Below the pieces are notes generated by a model that saw nothing but the letters and a program-made list of their open reading frames with translations, was not told the DNA's origin and did no database searches. 64,000 bases of DNA from a virus (lineage: Duplodnaviria > Caudoviricetes). A program made the translations under genes and the position numbers. The stretch is from positions 31,924 through 95,923 of IMG/VR virus record IMGVR_UViG_3300020336_000004. One strand, given 5' to 3'. Positions within the stretch are counted from its first letter, which is position 1. Every line of letters begins with the position of its first letter. Of this stretch, positions 47,458-57,438 are shown piece by piece.

Positions 47458-49767
47458 TTATATTGCACATGCATCGCACATTTCGTCATCGTCAAGTTCT
47501 TCCTGCGGCAACTCTAATTGTACTGTTTCTGTTTCATCTTCAATATCATCGTCACTCTTATAATCATAAGTGTTTTGATAATAACTTGTTTTCCAACCAT
47601 ACTTATATGTGTTTAGCATATCCTGTATCATAACACTCATAGGAACTTCATTGTCCTCATATTGTGTTGGGTTGTATGACCAATTGCCACTAATTGCTTG
47701 ATCAAAAAACTTTTGCATTACTGCAACAATTTTTATGTAACCTTCGTTACTTGGTAACTCCCAAAGTAAACTATAATGATTCTTCAGCGTAGTATACTGC
47801 GGAACAATCTGCTTAAGAGGCCCTTTCTTTGACTTCTTAATGGACAAGTATCCTCTAGGTGCTTCGATACCATTTGTTGCGTTTGACACAACAGAACTGC
47901 TCTCTGATGGCATCTGTGCGGACAACGTCGAGTGTCGAAGCCCATGTGTTCCAATGCTCTTACGTAAACTAGACCAATCAAGTTTATACTCCGGTTTTAC
48001 AATATCATCTACGTCACTTTTATAAGTGTCAATAGGTAATATACTGTCCGCATATTTAGTTCTTTCAAAGTATTCACAAGGACCTCTCTCTTGTGCTAAA
48101 ATGTTGCTGGCTTTTAATAGGTAGTATTGAAACGCTTCAGTAAGCTCATGTACTAGCTTGAACGCAGATTGTTCGTTATACGTGACCTTATGCTTTGCTA
48201 GATAGTGTGCTAAGCCTATATATCCTATACCTAAACTGCGTCTTGCTTTTGTACTAATCTCTGCCGCTTTAATAGGATAGGATTGATAATCAATAATTTC
48301 TTCTAATGCTCTTACTGCTAGTTCACATAACGGCTCTAAGTCATCTAAATTTTTTAAAATACCTACGTTAATTGCACTTAGAATACATAATGCAATTTCA
48401 CCTTCTTCATCATCGATATGAGTAAGTGGCTTAGTTGGTAATGTAATCTCTTGACACAAGTTACTCATATATACTTTGTCTTTGAACGAACTGTGTGTAT
48501 TACAATGATCAACATTCATAATATAGATACGTCCTGTTTCAGCACGTTCTTTAATTAATGCCGAAAACAACTCCATAGCGGGAATAGTTTTCTTTTTAAT
48601 TGAATATGCTCTTTCATACTTTTCATAAAGCTCTTGAAACTCTGTTGAATCACCAAAGTATGCTTCGTATAATCCCGGAACATCATGTGGTGAGAAAAGA
48701 GTTATATCGCCGCCGGACAAAAGTCTTTCATACATAGTTTTATTAAGCTGAATTGAATAATCTAACTTACGTACACGATTATCTTCGGTACCTTTGTTAT
48801 TTTTTAGCACAAGGATGTCTTCAATCTCTTGATGCCATATAGGGAAATGGGTTGTAGCACTACCACCACGTACCCCATTTTGTGTGCAACACCTTACGGT
48901 TGCTTCAAACTTTTTTAAGAAAGGAACAATACCAGTGTGCGCCACTTCTCCGCCACGTATCTTCGCATTGACTCCACGAATTCTCCCAGCGTTGATACCA
49001 ATACCAGCACGTTGAGCAGTATAACGCCCAATAGACATATCAGAAGCAAAAATGCTATCCAAAGTATCATCGCTGTCAACGAGAACGCAACTTGCAAACT
49101 GTTTAACAGGGGTCCTGACTCCTGCCATGACTGGGGTTGGTATGTTGATTTTAAAAAGTGAGGTCGCATCATAATATCTCCTTACGTACTGCATACGTGT
49201 TTCTGCGGGATAGTTAGCGAATAGTGTTGCTGCGATCATCATGTACATGTACTGTGGAGACTCAAACAGTTCTCCACTACTTCTATCTTGACACAAATAC
49301 TTGTCTACTACTTGACGTAGGCCTGCATATGTAAAATTCTCATCTCTATCGTGTTTAATAATTGAATCTAATTTTTTTAATTCTTCTGAAGTATACTTTT
49401 TTAAAATCTCAGGATCGTACACTCCACGTTCTATATTTTGATTAATAATATCTTCTAAAGGTACAGAATCATATTGTCCAAACACTTCTTTATATACTCC
49501 GTACAACAACAAACGTGCCGCGGCATATTGATAATTTGGTGCATCTAATCCAATTAAATCATTTGCACTTTTGATTAATATTTCTTGAATCTCCTTTGTG
49601 CTCATTTCATCATAAAACTGAATGTTAGCATTCATTTCAATTTGTGATGAACTTACACCAGTTAAATCTTCACAAGCAAACTCAACTACCTTGTGTATTT
49701 TATCAATGTTGAGTGGCTCTTTTGCACCGTCACGTTTGACGATACTAATATTAATCCCGTTTGACAT
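47458..49767 (-). CDS. nrdA: Ribonucleotide reductase class Ia alpha with ATP cone
   Basis: VKRDG, QFASC, SNLCQEI, PSESSS, C-terminal CDAC. Confidence 0.97.
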   Translation of the reverse strand: MSNGINISIVKRDGAKEPLNIDKIHKVVEFACEDLTGVSSSQIEMNANIQFYDEMSTKEIQEILIKSANDLIGLDAPNYQYAAARLLLYGVYKEVFGQYDSVPLEDIINQNIERGVYDPEILKKYTSEELKKLDSIIKHDRDENFTYAGLRQVVDKYLCQDRSSGELFESPQYMYMMIAATLFANYPAETRMQYVRRYYDATSLFKINIPTPVMAGVRTPVKQFASCVLVDSDDTLDSIFASDMSIGRYTAQRAGIGINAGRIRGVNAKIRGGEVAHTGIVPFLKKFEATVRCCTQNGVRGGSATTHFPIWHQEIEDILVLKNNKGTEDNRVRKLDYSIQLNKTMYERLLSGGDITLFSPHDVPGLYEAYFGDSTEFQELYEKYERAYSIKKKTIPAMELFSALIKERAETGRIYIMNVDHCNTHSSFKDKVYMSNLCQEITLPTKPLTHIDDEEGEIALCILSAINVGILKNLDDLEPLCELAVRALEEIIDYQSYPIKAAEISTKARRSLGIGYIGLAHYLAKHKVTYNEQSAFKLVHELTEAFQYYLLKASNILAQERGPCEYFERTKYADSILPIDTYKSDVDDIVKPEYKLDWSSLRKSIGTHGLRHSTLSAQMPSESSSVVSNATNGIEAPRGYLSIKKSKKGPLKQIVPQYTTLKNHYSLLWELPSNEGYIKIVAVMQKFFDQAISGNWSYNPTQYEDNEVPMSVMIQDMLNTYKYGWKTSYYQNTYDYKSDDDIEDETETVQLELPQEELDDDEMCDACAI

Positions 49768-49799
49768 ATACATTTCCTTTTCCTATTATTTGTGTGTAT

Positions 49800-50222
49800 T
49801 TATTGGAGACCCGTCATCGTGTAACTCTTCTGTGAAACAAGCGATGAAGGCCAATTGTCGTATAGTAACGGAGTGTTCTTATATCCTAGTACTGTGTCAT
49901 CTACTTTTAACATATAATAAGTCTCCGATTGTTCGTGGTCTATAGAAATATGTATCTCAAATTGACTATCTAAAAACCTTTCAGTTAATGCCAATGTGTA
50001 ATAGTATCCTAGTATTTTACAAAACGAACAGTATTGATTCTCCAAAATTAATTCCCACGGATCCGGCCAAATCTTTTGATTCCAAGGATCCGTATGTATG
50101 CTTACTAACGGAACGTGCATATAAAAATGAATTAAATCCTGAAACGGATTTGTTGAGCTTTCAAGAGTATCTCTAAAAGAACTCCATTCGGCTAATCGTG
50201 ACTCGTAATCTTTACCTTGCAT
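49800..50222 (-). CDS. Hypothetical protein
   Basis: Coupled ORF; WPDPWELI. Confidence 0.7.
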   Translation of the reverse strand: MQGKDYESRLAEWSSFRDTLESSTNPFQDLIHFYMHVPLVSIHTDPWNQKIWPDPWELILENQYCSFCKILGYYYTLALTERFLDSQFEIHISIDHEQSETYYMLKVDDTVLGYKNTPLLYDNWPSSLVSQKSYTMTGLQ

Positions 50223-51907
50223 TAAATGTCAGTTTGTTTTACTCTAACTTTAAACTTCATTTCAGTGTTATCATCACCTGGCATTGTACTTGTACTTCGT
50301 ATCACGATTGTATCATTAGTTGCATCTCCATTAGCATCACTTATTGTAGCATCTAATATAATTTTGTCAAGATATAAATCGTCTCCTGTAAAAGAAAATT
50401 CGTCCGAAAACTCAACTTTCAATCCACGTGAGTCAACATTGACAATCGCTTTACCTGATCTAGTAAGTTCGTAGCTATTACTGACCATTAAGTAGTCTAT
50501 CTCAAAGCTCTGATTAATAACACCAGGAAGTCTAAATATAGTTAAAGCAGACCCTGACGTAATACTAATTTTTTGTTCAAATCCCCAATCAAACACAGAT
50601 GGTCCTTGGACTTCTGGAATGTAAGGAACTGAATTAATATAGGCTTGGTTATAAGAAAGAGCAGCTGTTCTTGTGAAATGGTCGCCTACTGACTCATTCC
50701 CGCTCTTTTCGTATTTTATAATACTGTATACTGGCTGTCCTTCTGAACCGCCTTGGTTACCTACTAAACTAAATCTATTGTTTTCGCTCTTGTTGAACGT
50801 ACCATTTTCTACAATAATACCTTGTCTTTCAATATTTGTAAATTTATTATTAGAAATAATACAGTTATGTGGTCCTGTTGACTGTCCTAGTGCAGGTGCT
50901 CCAAGAGTCATATCTAAACCAAATGCAACTCCATATCCGCATGTATCAAATGTACACGCATCAATTATGTTATCGTTAATATCATAGTTTGAAAGTATAC
51001 CATAAGCAAAGCCTTGTATAGTTAAATTATAAAAATTATTTTTTGAACTTTCAACTGCACCACTAAGGCTATTTAAAAGTACTGCTACATCATTACTAGC
51101 TGACGACGAAACACTGTCAGCATCAATGCTATTACCTATAGTCCAAGGTCCTTTAATTTCTATGTCTCTAAAATCACTATCACGACAACTTTGTAATACC
51201 AATGCTTTATTATTGTTTACTGTGCTAAGTGTTAATCCTTCAATAGAAATGTTTCTTGCTTGATTATTAAATGTACTAGTACTATCTGATGCTTTTAATA
51301 TTGGTGTGCTAGAACTATTTACAGTTTGAAATAAAGGCTTATTAGAAGCTGTACTGTTTATTATTGTTCTACCTTTACCTGCACCTTTAATATGTGCAAA
51401 TGGGGGTATATAAATTGTATCTGTAATAGTGTATTCCCCTGGCTCTAAGTTTAAGATAGGAGCATTACTATGTACAGTAACATCTGAACCTACGCCGCCT
51501 TTAGTTGCATCATTTAAGTAAAGTTGATCAATTGCTTGTTGTAGTTTTACAGTAGCGTCTTGGCTACTTTGTCCTGTAAGTCCAAAACTTCTTGCACTTA
51601 CTACGTCATCTAATCTATCTTGTAGTGTTCTTGTTGTAGGAGATCCTGATGTTACACCTGTTACAATGTATGCATCGTTTTTTCTATAGCTATACTGGCC
51701 TGCAAGAGTAAAAAGGTCGTCATGTTCTGTTAACACTTTTGAATTACCTACTGCTGGCGATCCTTCGCTTACTGCTCCGTTACCAATGTAAAGTTCTCGC
51801 GTATCAATCGCCCAGCCTAATTCACCGCTAGATAATTGCGGTAATCCTGAGCCGGCGTTCTTTTGTCCACGTCTTACTTGTATTCTTGATATTTGTACTA
51901 CAGCCAC
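50222..51907 (-). CDS. Virion structural protein with a pectin-lyase-like beta-helix
   Basis: IQVRRG...L..GELGWAIDTRELYIGNG N-terminus; DAT..LQ.AID; PGEY. Confidence 0.75.
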   Translation of the reverse strand: MAVVQISRIQVRRGQKNAGSGLPQLSSGELGWAIDTRELYIGNGAVSEGSPAVGNSKVLTEHDDLFTLAGQYSYRKNDAYIVTGVTSGSPTTRTLQDRLDDVVSARSFGLTGQSSQDATVKLQQAIDQLYLNDATKGGVGSDVTVHSNAPILNLEPGEYTITDTIYIPPFAHIKGAGKGRTIINSTASNKPLFQTVNSSSTPILKASDSTSTFNNQARNISIEGLTLSTVNNNKALVLQSCRDSDFRDIEIKGPWTIGNSIDADSVSSSASNDVAVLLNSLSGAVESSKNNFYNLTIQGFAYGILSNYDINDNIIDACTFDTCGYGVAFGLDMTLGAPALGQSTGPHNCIISNNKFTNIERQGIIVENGTFNKSENNRFSLVGNQGGSEGQPVYSIIKYEKSGNESVGDHFTRTAALSYNQAYINSVPYIPEVQGPSVFDWGFEQKISITSGSALTIFRLPGVINQSFEIDYLMVSNSYELTRSGKAIVNVDSRGLKVEFSDEFSFTGDDLYLDKIILDATISDANGDATNDTIVIRSTSTMPGDDNTEMKFKVRVKQTDI

Positions 51908-51936
51908 TATATTCTCCTACGCATTTATTATTGTAT

Positions 51937-52641
51937 TTATGCGAACTTCTCGTAATATGTGTAGACTCTGTTGTACCATTCGTTACGCCACTCGTCATAC
52001 TCATGCGGCCATACATCAAACTGTTGATAAGTTTCGCCTCCGAGCTCCATACCGTCATCTCCGCGGCTACACATAAAGATATGTCCTTCACGTATGTTAG
52101 TGCCGTAGATTTCGTTGTGTGCTTCTGCGTATGCTACTAGCTGTAAGAAGTAGTTTTGTACATATTCTAGCTTCTTAGGCTTATTAGTTTGTTTAAAGTC
52201 CATAATGCACGGATTGCCTTTGTACTTGCCAACTAAGTCAGTAGTACCAGCATACATCTGTGGAACATATAGTGCAACTTCACTGCCCCATATTTCGTCT
52301 ACATCAACCATTGCATGATCACGTACTTGTGTAGCCATTGCATGAGCTTTCTTAGCAAATGGATTGCTACCTGGAGTAGGCCATTCACCAAACTCTACAT
52401 AGTCTTCTAAGTACTTGTGCATACGTGTACCAACACCAGCCGCTTCTGTAGTGATTTCGTTAGCCCGATGTTCGCCTACTCGCTTACGCCATGCAATAAG
52501 TCCTGACTTATCGCTAGTAGCATCAAGTATAGTAGTAACACTAGCAACAGCGCCTCCATCAGGCGTCATGTACTTTCTTTTACCGTCTATTTGTTTTCTG
52601 TTTAATGGCTGATAGTCGTACTTATTAAGTATTAGGGTCAT
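51937..52641 (-). CDS. PD-(D/E)xK exonuclease
   Basis: SVTTIL, GTRMH, YAGTTD, IMDFKQ, QLVAYA. Confidence 0.88.
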   Translation of the reverse strand: MTLILNKYDYQPLNRKQIDGKRKYMTPDGGAVASVTTILDATSDKSGLIAWRKRVGEHRANEITTEAAGVGTRMHKYLEDYVEFGEWPTPGSNPFAKKAHAMATQVRDHAMVDVDEIWGSEVALYVPQMYAGTTDLVGKYKGNPCIMDFKQTNKPKKLEYVQNYFLQLVAYAEAHNEIYGTNIREGHIFMCSRGDDGMELGGETYQQFDVWPHEYDEWRNEWYNRVYTYYEKFA

Positions 52642-53008
52642 CTTGTCCCCAAACGCCAAAGTCTGTAGATTGATTATAGAAAGGATCTACAGTGCTGTTA
52701 GGATCATCAATAGCAATAATTTCTTTGACCTCGGGTACATAATGTTTTATCAAGTTTTCTACTCCCATTTTAAGTGTAATAGTACTACCAGCACAACCTG
52801 AACATGCACCTTGTAACATAAGTTTTAGTATACCATTTTTATATTCAATAAATTCTATATGGCCGCCGTGCATAGCAACTTGCGGTTGTACAGATTGTTT
52901 AAGTATTTCTTTAACTTTTGTTATGACTTCTAAGTCAGGATTATCTTCAATGTTGCCGTCCCAATTAAGGTCAGTAATTTCAGCTTGTTTTTGCTTGTAA
53001 TCGTTCAT
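52625..53008 (-). CDS. NifU-C/NfuA Fe-S carrier
   Basis: HGG, LQGACSGC, TLKMGVE. Confidence 0.9.
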   Translation of the reverse strand: MNDYKQKQAEITDLNWDGNIEDNPDLEVITKVKEILKQSVQPQVAMHGGHIEFIEYKNGILKLMLQGACSGCAGSTITLKMGVENLIKHYVPEVKEIIAIDDPNSTVDPFYNQSTDFGVWGQDDPNT

Positions 53009-53051
53009 ACTTTTAATTATACACTATAAATGTAAGGATGTCAAGTTCTGA

Positions 53052-53315
53052 TTAGGATGGAATATCCGATGGAATATCAGTATCTAATTTATCCTTAGGT
53101 GGATTTTTCTCTCGTTGTTGTTTCATTTTTTGTCTAAAGAATCTAAACATATCAACCAAAAACTTTTTATCTTTTTGATCTTCAGCTGAATTGCTAGGTG
53201 CTTGTCTTATTTCTCGTTCTAATACATCTAGCTTACGCATTATAAATTCAAGCATATCATCTTTCATTTGCTCGTCTTCTTCAGCTTCTCTAATTATATC
53301 AATATACTCTTTCAT
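53052..53315 (-). CDS. Hypothetical protein (possible internal head protein)
   Basis: MKEYIDIIREAE. Confidence 0.65.
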   Translation of the reverse strand: MKEYIDIIREAEEDEQMKDDMLEFIMRKLDVLEREIRQAPSNSAEDQKDKKFLVDMFRFFRQKMKQQREKNPPKDKLDTDIPSDIPS

Positions 53316-53323
53316 TTTAGATC

Positions 53324-53791
53324 CTACCTAGCGGCCATTGCCGCATGTTTAGCCGCTAACTGTTTCTTATATTTTCTTGAACCTTTTTTGTGTGGACTTT
53401 TCAATCCTTCACCAATATCATCGCCTAGGTCTGTTGCACGTTTGGCCATAGCACCAACTGTATCTGATCCTGCTGGTTTTGATACTTCTTTGTCTTTGAT
53501 ATTTTGTTTTGTTTTAGGTTCAATACCTTTGTTACTAAAGTTTTGTACCATTGACTTAACTCTTTCATCAGTATCGTATGCGGCTTTGAATGTACCGTAG
53601 TCAAATGCTTCTCCGCCTACGTTTTGCATCATTTTGTTTAAGTCTAAATTGAGAGCGCCGGCAACAATGTCTTGTTTGTTTGGCTTGTTAAAATGTAAAA
53701 AGACAGTGCGACTTTGTTGATCGGCACTGCCTATTACTGTTCTTAAAACTTGTGCTAGTTTTGGTGCTGTAGCTTCAGCTTCAGTTAAGTC
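53324..53791 (-). CDS. Open frame lacking an upstream start; probable -1 frameshift extension of 53785..54564 (track calls only 53324..53632)
   Basis: Frame is open from the A9G run: DLTEAEATAPKLAQVLR...LNKMMQNVGG. Confidence 0.6.
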   Translation of the reverse strand, partial: DLTEAEATAPKLAQVLRTVIGSADQQSRTVFLHFNKPNKQDIVAGALNLDLNKMMQNVGGEAFDYGTFKAAYDTDERVKSMVQNFSNKGIEPKTKQNIKDKEVSKPAGSDTVGAMAKRATDLGDDIGEGLKSPHKKGSRKYKKQLAAKHAAMAAR

Positions 53792-54564
53792 TTTTTTTTT
53801 CCGCTTAACAAAAGTCCTAATTTTCTGCTACGGTTTACTGATTCGCGTTTTTCGCGGCCTGCTTCTTCTTCTCCGCCTGCGGCTGGTTCAGCTGCTGCAA
53901 AGTCATCTTCTTGATCTACTGTTGGTTCTAGGTCGGCTTCTGCATCCATTGGCTCCATTGGAGCTTCTTCTTCGCCGGTACCCATTGTAGATTGCTGTTC
54001 GCCTGTCAACATGGCTACACCATTGGATAGTACGCCTCTGGTTATCTCTAGTTGATCATATAGAGCTTCTAGAGTTGGTTTTACACTTGAAATATATTGT
54101 TCTGACTCAGCATTGCCTAATTCATCTCTTACTGCATCGCCTAATTCTAGCATTGATTCTGCCTGCATTTCTGCTGTGTCTTCCATCCAGCCTGTAATTT
54201 TATCTACCATGTCTTTTGCGGCCATAATAATTTCGGCCTTGTCTTCTTCACCTTCTTTAATTTTCTTTTTAGGATTAGGAGTTTCATCAACTTGGTCTTC
54301 GTCATTTACGACATCACGTTCTGAAATAGCTTGGTTAAGTACATCAAGGAATAGTTTATTTTTTTGGTACTCGTCGTTGCTATGAACTTGATCAAAACTT
54401 TCGTTGGTCTCAAACTGAGACATCTTTGTTCTTATTTTATTTCGAGCATCTTCTAATTGCTCTACTGTAAATTTATCTACATTAATTTTTACGCCAAACT
54501 TTTTAGCAAGGCTCTCGTTGATTGCCTTTGAAGTTATTGGTGCTCTGATTTCACTTATGTTCAT
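53785..54564 (-). CDS. Acidic prohead core/scaffold-like protein
   Basis: MNISEI N-terminus, many xxE sites, E/A/P-rich tail. Confidence 0.6.
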   Translation of the reverse strand: MNISEIRAPITSKAINESLAKKFGVKINVDKFTVEQLEDARNKIRTKMSQFETNESFDQVHSNDEYQKNKLFLDVLNQAISERDVVNDEDQVDETPNPKKKIKEGEEDKAEIIMAAKDMVDKITGWMEDTAEMQAESMLELGDAVRDELGNAESEQYISSVKPTLEALYDQLEITRGVLSNGVAMLTGEQQSTMGTGEEEAPMEPMDAEADLEPTVDQEDDFAAAEPAAGGEEEAGREKRESVNRSRKLGLLLSGKKKT

Positions 54565-54597
54565 TGTAACTATTCCTTCAAAACGTTATATGTTTAT

Positions 54598-55020
54598 TTA
54601 GCTTTTTTTATAAAAGATATAGTCGTTCAGACTATGTCTTGCTTGTAGAGCTTTACTTCTACTTATATCAAATCTTATTTCAGCACTCATTTTTCTAGTA
54701 GCATCAGTAGCTGTTCTTAGTGTATTTCGATAAAAAATACAATCTATGTAGTGTTTTTGTATAAGTTTATCTAAACGAACTACATCATGTACACCAGAGC
54801 CGTCTAATGTAGCGTTTACCCATGCAATAGCACTTGGTTGACAAAATGTTTCATGTACAGGTTTTCCTGTTTTACAATTAAAGATTTTGTATTGATTCTC
54901 ATTCTTCTTGCGTATCACATAGTTTTTGATACGAATACTATTTCCTTTTTTATAAGGAATGTGTATTTTATCTAAATTTTCATCAATTATTTGTTCTAGT
55001 TTATTTGCTAGTTCATTCAT
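54598..55020 (-). CDS. Hypothetical protein
   Basis: ORF track, start trimmed. Confidence 0.7.
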   Translation of the reverse strand: MNELANKLEQIIDENLDKIHIPYKKGNSIRIKNYVIRKKNENQYKIFNCKTGKPVHETFCQPSAIAWVNATLDGSGVHDVVRLDKLIQKHYIDCIFYRNTLRTATDATRKMSAEIRFDISRSKALQARHSLNDYIFYKKS

Positions 55021-55216
55021 TTTTCGCAACCATTACCATATTTTTAGTACTAATTTTACTTACCAAACTCTTCCTTATTAGATTTTCTAATACGACTTGT
55101 TCTCGTTCACTGTAACTATTATATGGGGTTGCGTGTGCGGGTAATTTTTCGTAGAGAGCTTGTTCCTCATTTGAGGTGAAAACTATAAATTTTTCTAATA
55201 GCTCACTTACTTTCAT
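55013..55216 (-). CDS. Hypothetical protein
   Basis: MKVSELLE. Confidence 0.7.
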   Translation of the reverse strand: MKVSELLEKFIVFTSNEEQALYEKLPAHATPYNSYSEREQVVLENLIRKSLVSKISTKNMVMVAKNE

Positions 55217-55217
55217 G

Positions 55218-55436
55218 TTAGCTCATTTCTACTTCGTCACCGGCTTTAATGCCACCTTCGGGCTTTTGCCCTGGTACTGTTTTAGTAGGCATCTTAACTT
55301 TGCCTGTCTTTGGATCCTTTACTAACGGCTTCTTTTTTATGTCCACTGTTAGTTTAGTACCGTCCCCTTGATCTATCTCAACATTGTTACCCATAACCTT
55401 ACTGATCTTTGGGCTCATAATTTCATTTATTTTCAT
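55218..55436 (-). CDS. Hypothetical protein
   Basis: MKINEI; GGAG RBS. Confidence 0.7.
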   Translation of the reverse strand: MKINEIMSPKISKVMGNNVEIDQGDGTKLTVDIKKKPLVKDPKTGKVKMPTKTVPGQKPEGGIKAGDEVEMS

Positions 55437-55741
55437 CTTATTCTCCTTCCTCGTGTCTTAGGAGTTTTTGGTTTGTTTAATGACGTTAACCTAACACTTG
55501 CTGGATTAGTACGTCTTGTTCGTCCGGTCTTAAATTTAATTTGGCCAGGCTTCTTAAGTTTTGTTTGCTTTAGCTTTGCACTTTTAGATATGTCCATTGG
55601 CTTATTACAAGACGCTGGTGTTGACATTACTCTGCCTTTGCGGGGACCACTAGTGCATCTAAACTTTCGTGTTTGTTTACCGCCTGCTCTACTCCAAACG
55701 TTTGTAGCTTCGTCTAATGATATTACTTCAGTAACTAACAT
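55433..55741 (-). CDS. Highly basic protein
   Basis: RKFRC..G.R.GR; RTNPASVRL. Confidence 0.7.
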   Translation of the reverse strand: MLVTEVISLDEATNVWSRAGGKQTRKFRCTSGPRKGRVMSTPASCNKPMDISKSAKLKQTKLKKPGQIKFKTGRTRRTNPASVRLTSLNKPKTPKTRGRRIR

Positions 55742-55742
55742 A

Positions 55743-56135
55743 CTAACGCCTTTTGTTTAACTGCTTTAATCTTATTGAAGCTGGATTAGTTCTCTTTGTT
55801 CGCTTAGTTTTTTTAGCTAGTCTTGCACCTAACCTTGCTTTCATAATTTTTAGTCTTGCACGTTTCTTTGGATCTGGGGCTGCATAACATTGTGCAACTT
55901 TTGCAACAATTCTTCCATGCCTGCGTCCGCCAACGCATCTAAACTTACGTACTATCTTCTTACCTGTTCTTGCCCATGTCATTTTTTCATTAACATCTTT
56001 ATTTTTTTCGTAACAATCACAGTGTGGACAGTCCGGACCACATGAACATTCCGTCACTGGCAAGCCACAACATGCTTTAGGACACATTTCTTGCTCAGCT
56101 TCAGTCGTACGATGTGTAAACTCTCTTAGTAACAT
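55743..56135 (-). CDS. Highly basic paralog with a Cys-rich N-terminal insert
   Basis: CPKACCG...CSCGPDCPHCDC; RKFRC; RTNPASIRL. Confidence 0.75.
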   Translation of the reverse strand: MLLREFTHRTTEAEQEMCPKACCGLPVTECSCGPDCPHCDCYEKNKDVNEKMTWARTGKKIVRKFRCVGGRRHGRIVAKVAQCYAAPDPKKRARLKIMKARLGARLAKKTKRTKRTNPASIRLKQLNKRR

Positions 56136-56160
56136 GCAAGTATTTATATAAATTGGGGGG

Positions 56161-56397
56161 TTAGTTTAATGAAATGAGTAGCACTACTATTGTGCTTAAA
56201 AGTCCTGCAACTATTGTACCGGTTGCACCTATAATGACTTTGATCATGCTCTTGTTGCCGTTTTGGACATCTTGATGCACATGCTCTAGCTTTTTCTCAA
56301 CTGCTGTTAGACGCGACTCAAGGTTTTCATAACGCTGTTGGCACAAATCGACGTGTGCTTCTAGGTTTTCTTTTTCAAGGTCAGTGGCTTTTGCCAT
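56161..56397 (-). CDS. Small coiled-coil protein with C-terminal TM
   Basis: LEAHVDLCQQRY, TM tail. Confidence 0.7.
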   Translation of the reverse strand: MAKATDLEKENLEAHVDLCQQRYENLESRLTAVEKKLEHVHQDVQNGNKSMIKVIIGATGTIVAGLLSTIVVLLISLN

Positions 56398-56444
56398 TGT
56401 ATTCTCCAAACTTTCCTGCTCAAGGAAATTATTTAAGTAAACTC

Positions 56445-56897
56445 TCAGTTAGCCTTATTATCTTGTTTGGGTATTGCCTGCTCGGTTGCCTTGTGTATAT
56501 CTATTTGGTCGCCTATTGTAAATAAAATGTTCTTCTCGTATGGATCAGTTGTTCTTATTACACTCTTATTTATGTCAATTGTCTCATTTAAATCTGATAT
56601 AATTGGTATAAGTTCAAAATCTTCTTGTAGCATCTGTTCATCTAAACCATATGCGACATCATGATTAAATGTAAACTTCCATACTTTTTGCTTACCTTTA
56701 TATTTATCACCAAACCCTAAATTATCTATAGAAATAGCCTCAAAACTAGATGTGAAGTTGTATGGATTTAAACGCAGACTTGATACTTGTTGAAATGTGT
56801 TAAAATTCTGTTGTTGGTTTTGTTCTAATTTATCGCCAAAACCTCTACGGGCATTTGTTTGTGTAATATCAATTAGTGTGAGTACAGTTACATCCAT
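56445..56897 (-). CDS. Hypothetical protein
   Basis: TLIDITQT...QQQNFNT. Confidence 0.7.
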   Translation of the reverse strand: MDVTVLTLIDITQTNARRGFGDKLEQNQQQNFNTFQQVSSLRLNPYNFTSSFEAISIDNLGFGDKYKGKQKVWKFTFNHDVAYGLDEQMLQEDFELIPIISDLNETIDINKSVIRTTDPYEKNILFTIGDQIDIHKATEQAIPKQDNKAN

Positions 56898-56914
56898 GTG
56901 TATATTTAAGTCAT

Positions 56915-56948
56915 AAAAAAAGGCCCACTAATAAAAGTGAGCCTTTTT
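56915..56948 (-). terminator. Intrinsic terminator
   Basis: AAAAAGGCUCACU...AGUGGGCCUUUUUUU. Confidence 0.8.
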
Positions 56949-56970
56949 AGTATTACTTGTAAATTAGCTA

Positions 56971-57357
56971 TTAAGCAAATTTTAAAGTTGTTTTAACAGT
57001 AGCCGCTACTGTACCTGATGCAAAGTTAATTGAGTCAACTGTACCTAAGTTGATGATATCTTCAACTAAAGCCTGTGCAAATGTACCTGTTACTGTACCG
57101 TCTTCTGATACATAGTCTGAACCAGGAAAGTCACCTTCAAGAATAAAGTCTTGCTTTGTTCCTGTGTCATACACTGCACCTGCTGCTAAGATAGTTGCTC
57201 TTTGCATGATTGTGTTGTGTACTGCTTCCATTGCGATTCTTGATGCATCTGCATCAACGTCCCAATCGACTGCGACCATTGTGATTTCTTTACCGATGTT
57301 ACGGATTTCACCAATAGCGTTCGCTACTACTGGATTAGTTTTTGTTAATGTTGCCAT
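56971..57357 (-). CDS. Probable abundant small structural protein
   Basis: TAAATA promoter, strong RBS, own terminator, A/T/V-rich. Confidence 0.6.
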   Translation of the reverse strand: MATLTKTNPVVANAIGEIRNIGKEITMVAVDWDVDADASRIAMEAVHNTIMQRATILAAGAVYDTGTKQDFILEGDFPGSDYVSEDGTVTGTFAQALVEDIINLGTVDSINFASGTVAATVKTTLKFA

Positions 57358-57438
57358 TTTTTTCTCCTATTTCTCTTAATGGACAATAGCCACGCTCCGT
57401 GACTCTTGTTACTTTTATTTAGCTGAATATTGGAAAAC

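Noticed and set aside
46342-49773. Introns, inteins or homing endonucleases in nrdAB
   Set aside because: Both ORFs are continuous and of normal length.
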